From: SAR324 cluster bacterium
Lineage (GTDB): Bacteria; SAR324; JACQKK01
Assembly: GCA_022572825.1 (NCBI GenBank)
Contig: JACZVE010000001.1
Location: 1-28,089, forward strand
Length of the DNA stretch: 28,089 nt
Direction of reading: 5' to 3'
Shown: positions 9,491 through 19,503 of the stretch, one piece after another
Layout: every line of letters begins with the position of its first letter
How positions within the stretch are numbered: the first letter of the stretch is position 1
Position numbers and translations under genes: made by a program
The notes under the pieces: generated by a model
Told to the model about the DNA's origin: nothing
The model's database searches: none
What the model saw: only the letters and a program-made list of their open reading frames with translations

Positions 9491-9651
9491 CCCTTCGGCT
9501 GAGATCAGGACGCGCGAGACAGGCTCCTTCGGAGACTTCCTGAGGGAATCGGGCTTGGTTAGCCTGTCCTGAGCGCGGTCGAACGGCCGCGTTCCTGAGG
9601 AGCGAGCTTGTCCTGAGCGGAGTCGAAGGGCACAGCGAGCGTCTCGAAGGG
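9491..9651. repeat. Mosaic cluster of CCTGAG...CGAAGG REP-like elements (family B) between convergent genes
   Basis: Copies at 9491-9509 (minus, degenerate), 9568-9586, 9594-9651 (outer) and 9612-9630 (inner, CCTGAGCGGAGTCGAAGGG). Confidence 0.7.
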
Positions 9652-9718
9652 CGCGGCAGGCCGGCAGCCCCGGCGCTTCCCCGCCACAGCGGTGCCCGCC
9701 TTATGGCGGCGCGGGGGC

Positions 9719-12010
9719 CTATTCGGTAACGGTGGGTACGCCCGGGAGGCTGAACGCCTCCTCGAGGCGGCGGGAGAACAGCGAGGGCGTGGCGGCATTG
9801 GCCGGGGTTCCGGAGATCTGACCGGGCCTGGGGCGCACCATGTTCGCCTCGGGCGTCAGAAAGGCGCCGGAGATGCCTTCCGAGAACAGATCCTGCGTGA
9901 ACTCGAGCTCACGGAAGTAGTGAACGCTGGAGTCCGGGCATCCGGCGTAACTGAGCCGGCCGTCCAGATTGCAGATGCGCACACCGACATATTCCTCGGG
10001 CGGCTCGGGAAAGGTCTCGCCGTTGTAAGGCGGCAGCGCTTTCTCCATGAATTCGCGCCATAGCGTCGCGGTTGTCCGCCCGCCGGCCTCGTGGGCCATG
10101 ACGCGGTTGTCGTCGTTGCCTATCCACACACCGGCGACGAGATTCGGCGTAAAGCCGATGAACCAGGCATCCCGCGGACCGTCATTGGTGCCCGTCTTTC
10201 CGCCGGCGGGCCGATTGAGACGGGCTCGGCGGCCGGTGCCCCGCTGCAGCACACCCGCCAGCAAGCTGCGCATCTGAAACGCCGTCCACGGCGAAATCAC
10301 CTCCACCGGGGGCGCGGGAAATTGCTCGTAGAGCACATCGCCTAGGCTATTGGTGACGCGGCGGATATACGCCGGACTCACCCGCAATCCTCCATTGGAA
10401 AATGAGGCGAATGCCGCGGTGAGATCGGCGAGCGTCACCTCCGAGCATCCGAGGGCAACGCACAAGCCCATCTCCTTGCGCATCGGCAGATTCCAGCGGC
10501 GCGCCAAGCGCGTCAGCGACTCCATGCCCAGCTTGTCCAGCAACTGCACGGCGATGACATTGCTGGAAAGCTCCAATGCGCGCGCGAGCGTCATGCGCCG
10601 GTCATCGAAAGCGTCGGCACCGCCGTTCAAGCGCGTCAAGCCGTAGCGGTCGTTGTAATTGCGGGGGGCGTACACGGAGTCCGCATCGACGTCGCCCAGG
10701 CCCAGCATCAAATCGATCTCGTAGTCGCGCTCGTACAGGCGCAGGTAGTTACCCAACTCGTCCCACGTGTAGCTGACCGGTTCATCGACAAATATGGAAT
10801 TGGGCCGGAAATCGTTCTCCAGCGCGGCCGCGTAAAGAATGGGCTTGATGGCGGAGCCCGGCTGGCGCATGGCCCGAGTGGCGCGGTTGAACTGCGACTC
10901 GCGGAAGTCGACCCCACCCACCAAGGCGCGAACATAGCCGGTGTATGGATCCAAAGCGATGAGCGAAGCCTGTTCGGCCTGGCTGTTGCGCTCGCGGAAA
11001 CCGGCAATGAGTTCTTCGGCCGCTTCCTGCTGGTGCGGGTCAAGCGTTGTGTACACCCGGTAGCCCATGCCGGACACGCGTCGTACGCCGAGCAGCGCCT
11101 TGAGTTGCTTCATCACCTCCTGCACAAAGTAAGGTGCATTGATGATGTCGGGCTCGGGCCGGTATACGACCAGCGGTTCTGCAAAGCTGGCCTCCAGCTC
11201 CGCGGTGGAAATCCAACCCAACTCGGCCAGGTTTTGGATTACACGCCGTTGCCGCTGCATGAGCGGCACGAGGATTTCAATGGGGATGAGCGGTTGGGAA
11301 GTGTTGGCATCGTCGTTGACGTCGTCGTTGGCATCGCCGTCGGTTTGCGAGCCGACCAGGTAGCCTTCCGGCTTTTTGATGAGTGCCGCCAGAAACGCCG
11401 CCTCGTTGAGGTTCAGTTCCGCTGCGGGCTTGTGAAAGTAGGCCCGGGAAGCCTTTTCCACTCCGTACAAGCCGTTGCCCAAGTATAAGCGGTTCAGATA
11501 CAGCTCCAGCAGCTTCAACTTGGGGTAGTCCCGTTCCAGTGCGACGGCCATGAACAATTCCCGCACCTTCCTGCGCAGCGTGCGCTCGGAAGAAAGCAGA
11601 GTCAGCTTGACCAGCTGCTGGGTGATGGTACTGGCCCCCTGCTCGTAGGCCATTGCCTTGATATCCGCCCATAAGGCACCCAGCAGCCGCACCGGGTCCA
11701 TGCCGCGATGGGCGAAGAAGCGGCGGTCCTCGATAGCCACCACGGCCTTTTGCAGGTAGGGATGGATGCGGGAGATGGGTACGGTATGGCGGTCTTCATG
11801 GCCTTCGAGCACGGCGAGCAGGTTATCGTTGCCGTCGAATATCAGCGTGTTGTTGGCCGTGTTGGCGATGACCGTATTGAAGTGCCGCACGACCCTGGGG
11901 GCGTAGATATGGAATCCCACCACCAAGCCCAGCACCAAAGCCAGGATTCCACCGAGAATCCAGGCGGGTATAACCCAAAATCGATTGCCTGAATATCGTG
12001 GACTGATCAT
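9719..12010 (-). CDS. Class A penicillin-binding protein (PBP1A family; transglycosylase plus transpeptidase)
   Basis: N-terminal TM helix. GT51 motifs AIEDRRFFAHRGMD and GASTITQQLVK. Transpeptidase motifs SxxK (PGSAIKP), SxN (LSSNV) and KTG (GGKTGTND). Start 12010 preferred (ORF open from 12094). Confidence 0.95.
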   Translation of the reverse strand: MISPRYSGNRFWVIPAWILGGILALVLGLVVGFHIYAPRVVRHFNTVIANTANNTLIFDGNDNLLAVLEGHEDRHTVPISRIHPYLQKAVVAIEDRRFFAHRGMDPVRLLGALWADIKAMAYEQGASTITQQLVKLTLLSSERTLRRKVRELFMAVALERDYPKLKLLELYLNRLYLGNGLYGVEKASRAYFHKPAAELNLNEAAFLAALIKKPEGYLVGSQTDGDANDDVNDDANTSQPLIPIEILVPLMQRQRRVIQNLAELGWISTAELEASFAEPLVVYRPEPDIINAPYFVQEVMKQLKALLGVRRVSGMGYRVYTTLDPHQQEAAEELIAGFRERNSQAEQASLIALDPYTGYVRALVGGVDFRESQFNRATRAMRQPGSAIKPILYAAALENDFRPNSIFVDEPVSYTWDELGNYLRLYERDYEIDLMLGLGDVDADSVYAPRNYNDRYGLTRLNGGADAFDDRRMTLARALELSSNVIAVQLLDKLGMESLTRLARRWNLPMRKEMGLCVALGCSEVTLADLTAAFASFSNGGLRVSPAYIRRVTNSLGDVLYEQFPAPPVEVISPWTAFQMRSLLAGVLQRGTGRRARLNRPAGGKTGTNDGPRDAWFIGFTPNLVAGVWIGNDDNRVMAHEAGGRTTATLWREFMEKALPPYNGETFPEPPEEYVGVRICNLDGRLSYAGCPDSSVHYFRELEFTQDLFSEGISGAFLTPEANMVRPRPGQISGTPANAATPSLFSRRLEEAFSLPGVPTVTE

Positions 12011-12465
12011 CGCACGCGCACTATGGGCAGGGATTCGGGAAGCATCGTTATGCCAAGGATTCCGTGGAACGCTCCCGAGCGGTGAGGGGGGCATAGGGCC
12101 TTCCTCCGGGCCGCCGCCGCGGCGCCGTTGGCGCGCAATTCAACAGGATGCAACTTACAGACCGCCACCCCGTCGAAGTTCCGCCGCCGCACTTTGAACA
12201 GCACACCCAGCACGGCCGCACCCGGGCGGAGCGCAAATCGCCCCGCGGTTTTTTTCGACGCGGGATTTGCGTTATTGCTTTCCTGCTCCTCCCGTCACGT
12301 CCCCGCACGTAGAACGCTGCACTGCAACACTTATTTGCCGCGGCCACGATGCTGGCAGGGCAGTCACGCCCGCAACGTGGACGAATGTGTCTGACGGTCG
12401 TGTCATACTTCAGGTATCATACTTCATTTGCGGTATTAATAGTTCATTTGACGCGACCGAAGGCG

Positions 12466-12825
12466 ATGGCACGGATTCGGAAATTCTCCAGGCTATTATT
12501 CCACACCGCGTCCACGTTGACGCTCGATCGTCCGGCAAAGAGCTTCCGCACCCGCCTGATCGACATTTCCCTGAAGGGTGCGCTGCTGGAAAAACCTGAC
12601 GAATTGGTAGCGGAAATCGGAGAGCCGGTTTTGCTGCGGGTACACCTGGACGATTCCGACGTCTCCATCGTCATGAATACCGAGGTGGCGCACATTGATG
12701 AGTCGCGGCTAGGGCTGCACTGTCTGGCCATCGACATGGACAGCATGATTCATCTGCGGCGTCTGATGGAGCTCAATTTCGGAGATCCGGAACTGCTCGA
12801 GCGCGAGCTGTTTTCCCTGGGCTAA
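12466..12825 (+). CDS. Single-domain PilZ c-di-GMP receptor
   Basis: RxxxR (RKFSR) and DxSxxG (DISLKG) motifs, C-terminal DMDSMIHLRRLMELNFGDPELLEREL. Met at 12466 after GAAGG. Confidence 0.9.
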   Translation: MARIRKFSRLLFHTASTLTLDRPAKSFRTRLIDISLKGALLEKPDELVAEIGEPVLLRVHLDDSDVSIVMNTEVAHIDESRLGLHCLAIDMDSMIHLRRLMELNFGDPELLERELFSLG

Positions 12826-13009
12826 TCGGCTGCCCGTGACTCCGTCAGCGGCTGCTGCATCCGGTGGCGGGCTACCCCCCTCCCCCTATCGTCGCCCCGC
12901 CCCGCAATGCCCCGCCGGGACGGCCGCGCCAAGCGAAGACCGCCAGTACCGGCGCCGCCTGCCAATTGCCGCGCCACCGCGATCCGCGATGCACCCGGCA
13001 TACCCGCAA

Positions 13010-13039
13010 TTGACATGTCCAACGCTGCCCCTGTACGGT
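13010..13039 (+). promoter_or_regulatory. Candidate sigma70 promoter for the pyrG cluster
   Basis: Perfect TTGACA (13010-13015), 18-nt spacer, TACGGT (13034-13039), about 100 nt upstream of pyrG. Confidence 0.5.
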
Positions 13040-13134
13040 GGCCTCGTGGCAAAGCGGGCACCCTGAGTGGGCACTGTGAGCGGCCCGCCTGGCTCGGACA
13101 GAGTTCACCTGTGCTTCCCTCCACCGGCGGGTAA

Positions 13135-14790
<1,656 letters not shown>

Positions 14791-14818
14791 GGTATTGCCG
14801 GCCGATCCTCCCGCCCCG

Positions 14819-15991
14819 ATGTTCGCGATCAATCCACTGGTTGCCGGGATGGTCTTCCTCGTGCTCGCCGCGTGGGCTTCCCCCGCCGGTGCGGAGAGCA
14901 AACCGGCCACCCTCCGCTGCCCGGAGAGCAAGGAGTTGTGCATCCAGGCGGACCGCAGCGGGGGCATCGATCTTAAAAAGGGCATCGCCTATCTGGAAGG
15001 CAACGTCACCGGGCTGCTGCGCTCCCGCGCCCTGCACTTTCGCGGACAGAGCCTCACCGCGCTCCGCGACAGCGACGATCGCTGGGTGCGTCTGGTGCTC
15101 GACGAGGACGTCCGGCTGCGCCAGGCGGATCGGGAAACCCACAGTGACCACGCCGTGGTGGAGCAGGACGTAATCCGTCTATCCGGCAATGTACGGATCA
15201 AGGAGGCGGACCTGCGCATCGAGGGCGATGAGGCGGTCATCGAAACGAATCCCAACCGTATGATCGTGCGTGGTTCGCCCGCACACCCCATGAAAGTCCT
15301 CTTGCCGGGGCGGCTGCTTGGAGCCGATCCGGGTGCAGCGGCGACCTCCGCGGCGCCGACACTCAAGCGCGCTGCGCCTGCCACGGCACAGACCGGCGCC
15401 ACGGTGCTGCAAGCGCAGCAGGCCGTGCTGGAGGATCAGCCCAATCGGGTGACGCTGTCGGGCGGTGTGCGCATCGAGGAGCCCGACAATCGCTTCAGTA
15501 TTGCGGCGGACACGGTGACTTTGGTCTTCACCGCAGACTATACACTGGAATCGTTCCGCGCCGTGGGCAACGTTCTCATTGCCCAACCGGAGCGACGCAT
15601 CTCCGGCGATCTGGCCGAATCCCGCCAACGCCTCAACACCATCCTACTGGTGGGCAATGCCCGGATGGAACAAATTGGCCAATTCGAGGTAAGGTCGGAG
15701 CGCATGGAAGTTTACACCGACGTCAGCAAAGGCGTAATACAGAGCGAGGATCGGCAAAAGCCCATTACGCTCACCTTGGACGTTGCCGGCGGCACATCGC
15801 ACCGACTGGATGAGCGGCGCATGATCGACCTGTCCGAAAAGGGATTGCCGCCAGCCACGCTGGAAAAGCTGGCGCCGCTGTTACACCGCACCTTCCAGAC
15901 CCGCACGGCATTGGCGGATGCGGTGCGCTCCCGGCTGACCCAGCGGGAATCCAGACGATACCTGGAAACGATCCTCGCCGTCGCGCGCTAG
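14819..15991 (+). CDS. lptA: LptA/OstA-family LPS transport protein with two beta-jellyroll repeats and a C-terminal helical extension
   Basis: Lies immediately upstream of lptB. Signal peptide ends ...WASPAGA. OstA-type motifs repeat twice (IQADR..AYLEGNV..IRLSGNVRI; LQAQQ..VTLSGGVRI..FRAVGNV..ILLVGNARM). Start uncertain (14753, 14819 or 14849). Confidence 0.75.
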   Translation: MFAINPLVAGMVFLVLAAWASPAGAESKPATLRCPESKELCIQADRSGGIDLKKGIAYLEGNVTGLLRSRALHFRGQSLTALRDSDDRWVRLVLDEDVRLRQADRETHSDHAVVEQDVIRLSGNVRIKEADLRIEGDEAVIETNPNRMIVRGSPAHPMKVLLPGRLLGADPGAAATSAAPTLKRAAPATAQTGATVLQAQQAVLEDQPNRVTLSGGVRIEEPDNRFSIAADTVTLVFTADYTLESFRAVGNVLIAQPERRISGDLAESRQRLNTILLVGNARMEQIGQFEVRSERMEVYTDVSKGVIQSEDRQKPITLTLDVAGGTSHRLDERRMIDLSEKGLPPATLEKLAPLLHRTFQTRTALADAVRSRLTQRESRRYLETILAVAR

Positions 15992-16059
15992 TATTGGCTG
16001 AACCCTCCGCGAGATAGCGCGCCAACCGGTCACGCGAAGGTCTCGGCGCGAACAATTGC

Positions 16060-16836
16060 ATGAACGATCGCTCCGCAGCGCCAGGGTCGGAAGAATTCGG
16101 CATTCCGCTTTCGGGCGACATGCTGGCGGCCAAGGGTCTGTTGAAGCGTTACAACCGGCGCACGGTGGTCAGCCACGCGTCTCTGGCCGTCGCCCCGGGC
16201 GAAGTGGTCGGGCTGCTGGGGCCGAACGGCGCCGGCAAGACGACCATATTTTACATGATCGCCGGTGTGATCCGGCCCGACGAGGGAGAGGTCTACCTGG
16301 CCGGCGAGTGCATCACCCGCCTGCCCATCCACAAGCGCGCCCGACGGGGACTGGGCTACCTGCCTCAGGAGCGCTCCGTGTTCCGCCGCCTGACGGTGGA
16401 GCAGAATTTGCTGGCCGTGCTCGAGCAACTGCCCCATTCCCGCGAAGAACGCCTGGCGTACATGGAGGAAGGGCTGGAACAACTGGGCCTGCTGCAGATT
16501 CGCCAGTCCTTGGGTTATCAATTGTCCGGCGGCGAGGCACGGCGGGTGGAAATCGCCCGTGCGCTGGTGCTGCGGCCCTCGTTCATCCTGCTGGATGAGC
16601 CTTTTGCGGGGGTGGATCCCATCGCGGTGCTGGACATCCAGGAGATCATCGCCCAAATCCGCGGCCGGGGCATCGGCATTCTCATAACCGATCACAACGT
16701 GCGCGAAACACTCGGGATTACGGACCGTGCCTACATCATCAACCAGGGCGAAGTGCTCGTACACGGTGTGCCGGAGGAGCTAGTGGACAACGAGATAGCC
16801 CGCAGGATCTACCTGGGTCAGCAGTTCCACCTTTGA
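16060..16836 (+). CDS. lptB: LPS export ABC transporter ATPase
   Basis: Walker A GPNGAGKTT, GYLPQE, LSGGEARRVEIARAL, LLDEPFAGVDPIAV, ITDHNVRETL. Confidence 0.97.
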   Translation: MNDRSAAPGSEEFGIPLSGDMLAAKGLLKRYNRRTVVSHASLAVAPGEVVGLLGPNGAGKTTIFYMIAGVIRPDEGEVYLAGECITRLPIHKRARRGLGYLPQERSVFRRLTVEQNLLAVLEQLPHSREERLAYMEEGLEQLGLLQIRQSLGYQLSGGEARRVEIARALVLRPSFILLDEPFAGVDPIAVLDIQEIIAQIRGRGIGILITDHNVRETLGITDRAYIINQGEVLVHGVPEELVDNEIARRIYLGQQFHL

Positions 16837-16887
16837 ACCCAGCCTTGCCGCATCCCGGCTCCTCTGCCCACGCCTATCGGCACCGGA

Positions 16888-16904
16888 TGGCAAGATCGGT
16901 GCCA
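16888..16904. promoter_or_regulatory. Bidirectional sigma54 -24/-12 element upstream of rpoN
   Basis: Minus strand 16904-16890 reads TGGCAC-CGATC-TTGC, an exact TGGCAC-N5-TTGC match. Plus strand 16888-16902 reads TGGCAA-GATCG-GTGC with GG and GC correctly spaced. Confidence 0.65.
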
Positions 16905-16909
16905 AGGGC

Positions 16910-16938
16910 TTGCGCGGCAGCGCCGGAGCCGATAAATT
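16910..16938 (+). promoter_or_regulatory. Candidate sigma70 promoter of rpoN
   Basis: TTGCGC (16910-16915), 17-nt spacer, TAAATT (16933-16938), 68 nt before the rpoN ATG. Confidence 0.5.
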
Positions 16939-17006
16939 AGCGTCGGAGGCAATTCTCCGCGGGGAATTCCGCGGTACAACGCCATCCCACCTGACGATCG
17001 GGCGCG

Positions 17007-18686
17007 ATGTCCCTCAATTTAAAACTTCAAATGCGGCTGAGCCAGCAGCTCATCATGACGCCGCAATTGCAACAGGCGATCAAGCTGCTGCAGTTGTCGC
17101 GCCAGGAGCTGGACGAGCTGATCGACCAGGCCCTGATCGAAAATCCGGTGTTGGAGGAAGCGCCGGAGGAAACAGACCCTCTCGATGAGGATGTCCCTTC
17201 GCAGCAGCCCGATGCCCTGGCCAGCGACGCGGACGTCATCGAAGACCATCGGCAGGTGGAAAACGACATTGACTGGCAGCAGTATATTGCCTCGGGTAGT
17301 GGAATCATCCCCGAGCGCCACGCCCGCGACGATGGTGAAGACGCCAATCTGGAGGCCACTCTCAGTCGCGCCGATACCCTTCAGGACCATCTGATCTGGC
17401 AACTGGAGATGGCGCCGCTTTCGCCGTTGGAAATGGCGATCGGCCGCTATCTGATCGGAAATACGGACGACGACGGTTATCTGACGGTGAGCATTCAGGA
17501 AATGCTCGAGAGCGATGCGGAACTGTACCGGGAGATCGAACGGGGGTACAAGCAGAAGCGCTTCACGCTGCCGCCACCGGAAGGGTTCGATCCTGCCATG
17601 CTGACCGCCAGGCACCTTGTCGTGCAACCGGAGGGGAAAACCAAGGGAAAGAAAGCGCCGCCAACGTTCGACGAGGACGAGGACGACACACCCCAGGGTA
17701 TCCAGACCGCGCCCGTGCAGGTCAAACCGGAGGTGGGTGCGGCAGTGGAAGCCCTCCTGAGGCTGATTCAACAGTTCGATCCGATGGGCGTTGGCGCGCG
17801 CAGCCTGCAGGAATGTCTGGAAATTCAACTGCGCGCGTTGGGGCTGGCGGGCGAGCTGCCCTTCCAGATCGTGCATCACGATCTAAAGCTGCTGGAAAAC
17901 AAGGATCTCAAGAAAATCGCGCGGCGCCGCAAGTCCGACCTGGAGCGGGTGATCGAGGCCTACCGGCTGATCATGAACCTGGAGCCCAAACCGGGCCGAC
18001 CGTTTGCCCGCGAGCGCGCCCAGACCATCATCCCCGACGTGTACATCCATAAAGTACACGCCGATGCGGACGAAGGGGAGGACCGCTACGGCCAGTACAA
18101 GGTCACCTTGAACGATACCGGCATCACCCGGCTGCGGATCAGCAACTTCTATCGCGCCATGGCCGATAACAATCAAGCCGATTCATCGCTGACGCAGGAG
18201 TACATTCAGGAGAAGATCAAGGCCGGCAACTGGCTGATGAAAAGCATCGAGCAGCGCCAGAAAACCATCCTGCGGGTGACGGGCAGCATTCTCAAGCACC
18301 AGTACGATTTCTTCGAGCACGGCATCAAAGACCTGCGGCCACTGGTGCTCAAGGACGTGGCCGAGGACATCGACGTACACGAGTCCACCGTCAGCCGGAT
18401 TACGACCAATAAATACGCACACACGCCACAGGGCACCTTCGAACTGAAGTACTTCTTTACCAGTGGGATCGACCAGGGCCATGGCGAAGTCATTTCCTCA
18501 AAGAAAATCAAAGATATGATCCTGAGGATCATCAGTAGCGAGGACGCCCGCGAACCGCTGACCGATATTCAGATCGCCGAGCGGCTTTCCCAGGAGAGCA
18601 AGGTCAAGGTGGCACGGCGCACCGTGGCCAAATATCGCGAAGCGCTCAACCTGCTGCCCTCCAACAAGCGCAAGAAAATGTTCTGA
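17007..18686 (+). CDS. rpoN: RNA polymerase sigma-54 factor
   Basis: Region I LSQQLIMTPQLQQAIKLLQLSRQEL, FDPMGVGARSLQECL, HTH VHESTVSRIT, RpoN box VARRTVAKYRE. Confidence 0.98.
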   Translation: MSLNLKLQMRLSQQLIMTPQLQQAIKLLQLSRQELDELIDQALIENPVLEEAPEETDPLDEDVPSQQPDALASDADVIEDHRQVENDIDWQQYIASGSGIIPERHARDDGEDANLEATLSRADTLQDHLIWQLEMAPLSPLEMAIGRYLIGNTDDDGYLTVSIQEMLESDAELYREIERGYKQKRFTLPPPEGFDPAMLTARHLVVQPEGKTKGKKAPPTFDEDEDDTPQGIQTAPVQVKPEVGAAVEALLRLIQQFDPMGVGARSLQECLEIQLRALGLAGELPFQIVHHDLKLLENKDLKKIARRRKSDLERVIEAYRLIMNLEPKPGRPFARERAQTIIPDVYIHKVHADADEGEDRYGQYKVTLNDTGITRLRISNFYRAMADNNQADSSLTQEYIQEKIKAGNWLMKSIEQRQKTILRVTGSILKHQYDFFEHGIKDLRPLVLKDVAEDIDVHESTVSRITTNKYAHTPQGTFELKYFFTSGIDQGHGEVISSKKIKDMILRIISSEDAREPLTDIQIAERLSQESKVKVARRTVAKYREALNLLPSNKRKKMF

Positions 18687-18789
18687 GATCGCTATGCGCC
18701 ATGGGGACGAGCAGGCCGTGCCGCATCGCATTCATGGCCCATGGCCGGCCCTCGCGCTCCCCGGAGCCGCGACAAACGTTTGGGTGCTC

Positions 18790-19248
18790 ATGAATCTGCT
18801 GGATTACATCGATCCCAGCCTTATCGACCTGGATTTGCAGGGCAGCACCAAGGAGCAGGTTCTCTCCGATCTGGTGGGGCTGCTTGTCGCCAATGGCACA
18901 GTTCGGAACAGGGACGAGCTGCTGACCGCCCTGATGGAGCGCGAAGGACTCGGCTCCACGGGCATCGGGCACGGCGTCGCCATTCCACATGGCCGCAGCA
19001 GCGAACTCTCCCGAACGGCTATCGTTTTCGGCCGATCGCGGGCTGAAGTGGATTTCGATTCCATCGATGGACAACCCACGCGAATCTTCTTTCTGCTGGT
19101 GGCGCCTGAAAACGGAAGCAACGACCACCTGCATCTGTTGGCGAAGATTGCCCGCTTGATGCGCGATGCCGGGACGCGGCAACGGCTGCTGGCCATGGAG
19201 TCCCCCCTGCAGGTCGTGGAATTGTTCGGGGTCAAGGACCCTCCCTGA
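18790..19248 (+). CDS. ptsN: PTS EIIA(Ntr)-like protein
   Basis: EREGLGSTGIGHGVAIPHG phospho-His motif, FDSIDGQP, HLHLLAKIARL. Follows rpoN. Confidence 0.92.
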   Translation: MNLLDYIDPSLIDLDLQGSTKEQVLSDLVGLLVANGTVRNRDELLTALMEREGLGSTGIGHGVAIPHGRSSELSRTAIVFGRSRAEVDFDSIDGQPTRIFFLLVAPENGSNDHLHLLAKIARLMRDAGTRQRLLAMESPLQVVELFGVKDPP

Positions 19249-19386
19249 GCATCGGGCGCGCTGCTGAATACCGCGGCCTCGTCCTGTCGATAATCTGCGG
19301 AGAAATCTGCGGGGAGGCGCCGGCGGTTCGGCCGTGCGGCGCCGGGCCGGTCGGATGGGCCGCCCATGATGCGAAGCCTGCATCCC

Positions 19387-19415
19387 TTGCCATGGAATGA
19401 CCGTGGGGGGATAGT
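19387..19415 (+). promoter_or_regulatory. Candidate internal sigma70 promoter for EIIA(Man)-pspA
   Basis: TTGCCA (19387-19392), 17-nt spacer, GATAGT (19410-19415). A long hairpin (GACGGA..GCTGCCC..GGGCAGC..TCCGTC, ~19433-19475) follows. Confidence 0.3.
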
Positions 19416-19503
19416 CAGGGAATCCATCCAGCGACGGATGCTGCCCCCGTGCAGGCGGGCAGCGCAATCGTCCGTCCGCCATCCGCCCCAGCCGCGTCGG
19501 GTC

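Noticed and set aside
12233-12270. Possible c-di-GMP-I riboswitch near the PilZ gene (GCAAA..GAAA hairpin on minus strand)
   Set aside because: It lacks the GACGCAAA junction and second stem. A plain hairpin or terminator explains it.
12349-12465. Long N-terminal extensions given by the ORF track (PilZ, ptsN, EIIA, rsmD, PBP, lipoprotein)
   Set aside because: Family homology and RBS-like motifs begin at downstream Met codons. The extensions have non-protein-like composition.
19249-19503. rapZ pseudogene remnant in the ptsN-EIIA gap; hpf remnant at 18687-18789
   Set aside because: No recognisable Walker A or HPF residues in the frames I read. The gaps look regulatory or repeat-derived.
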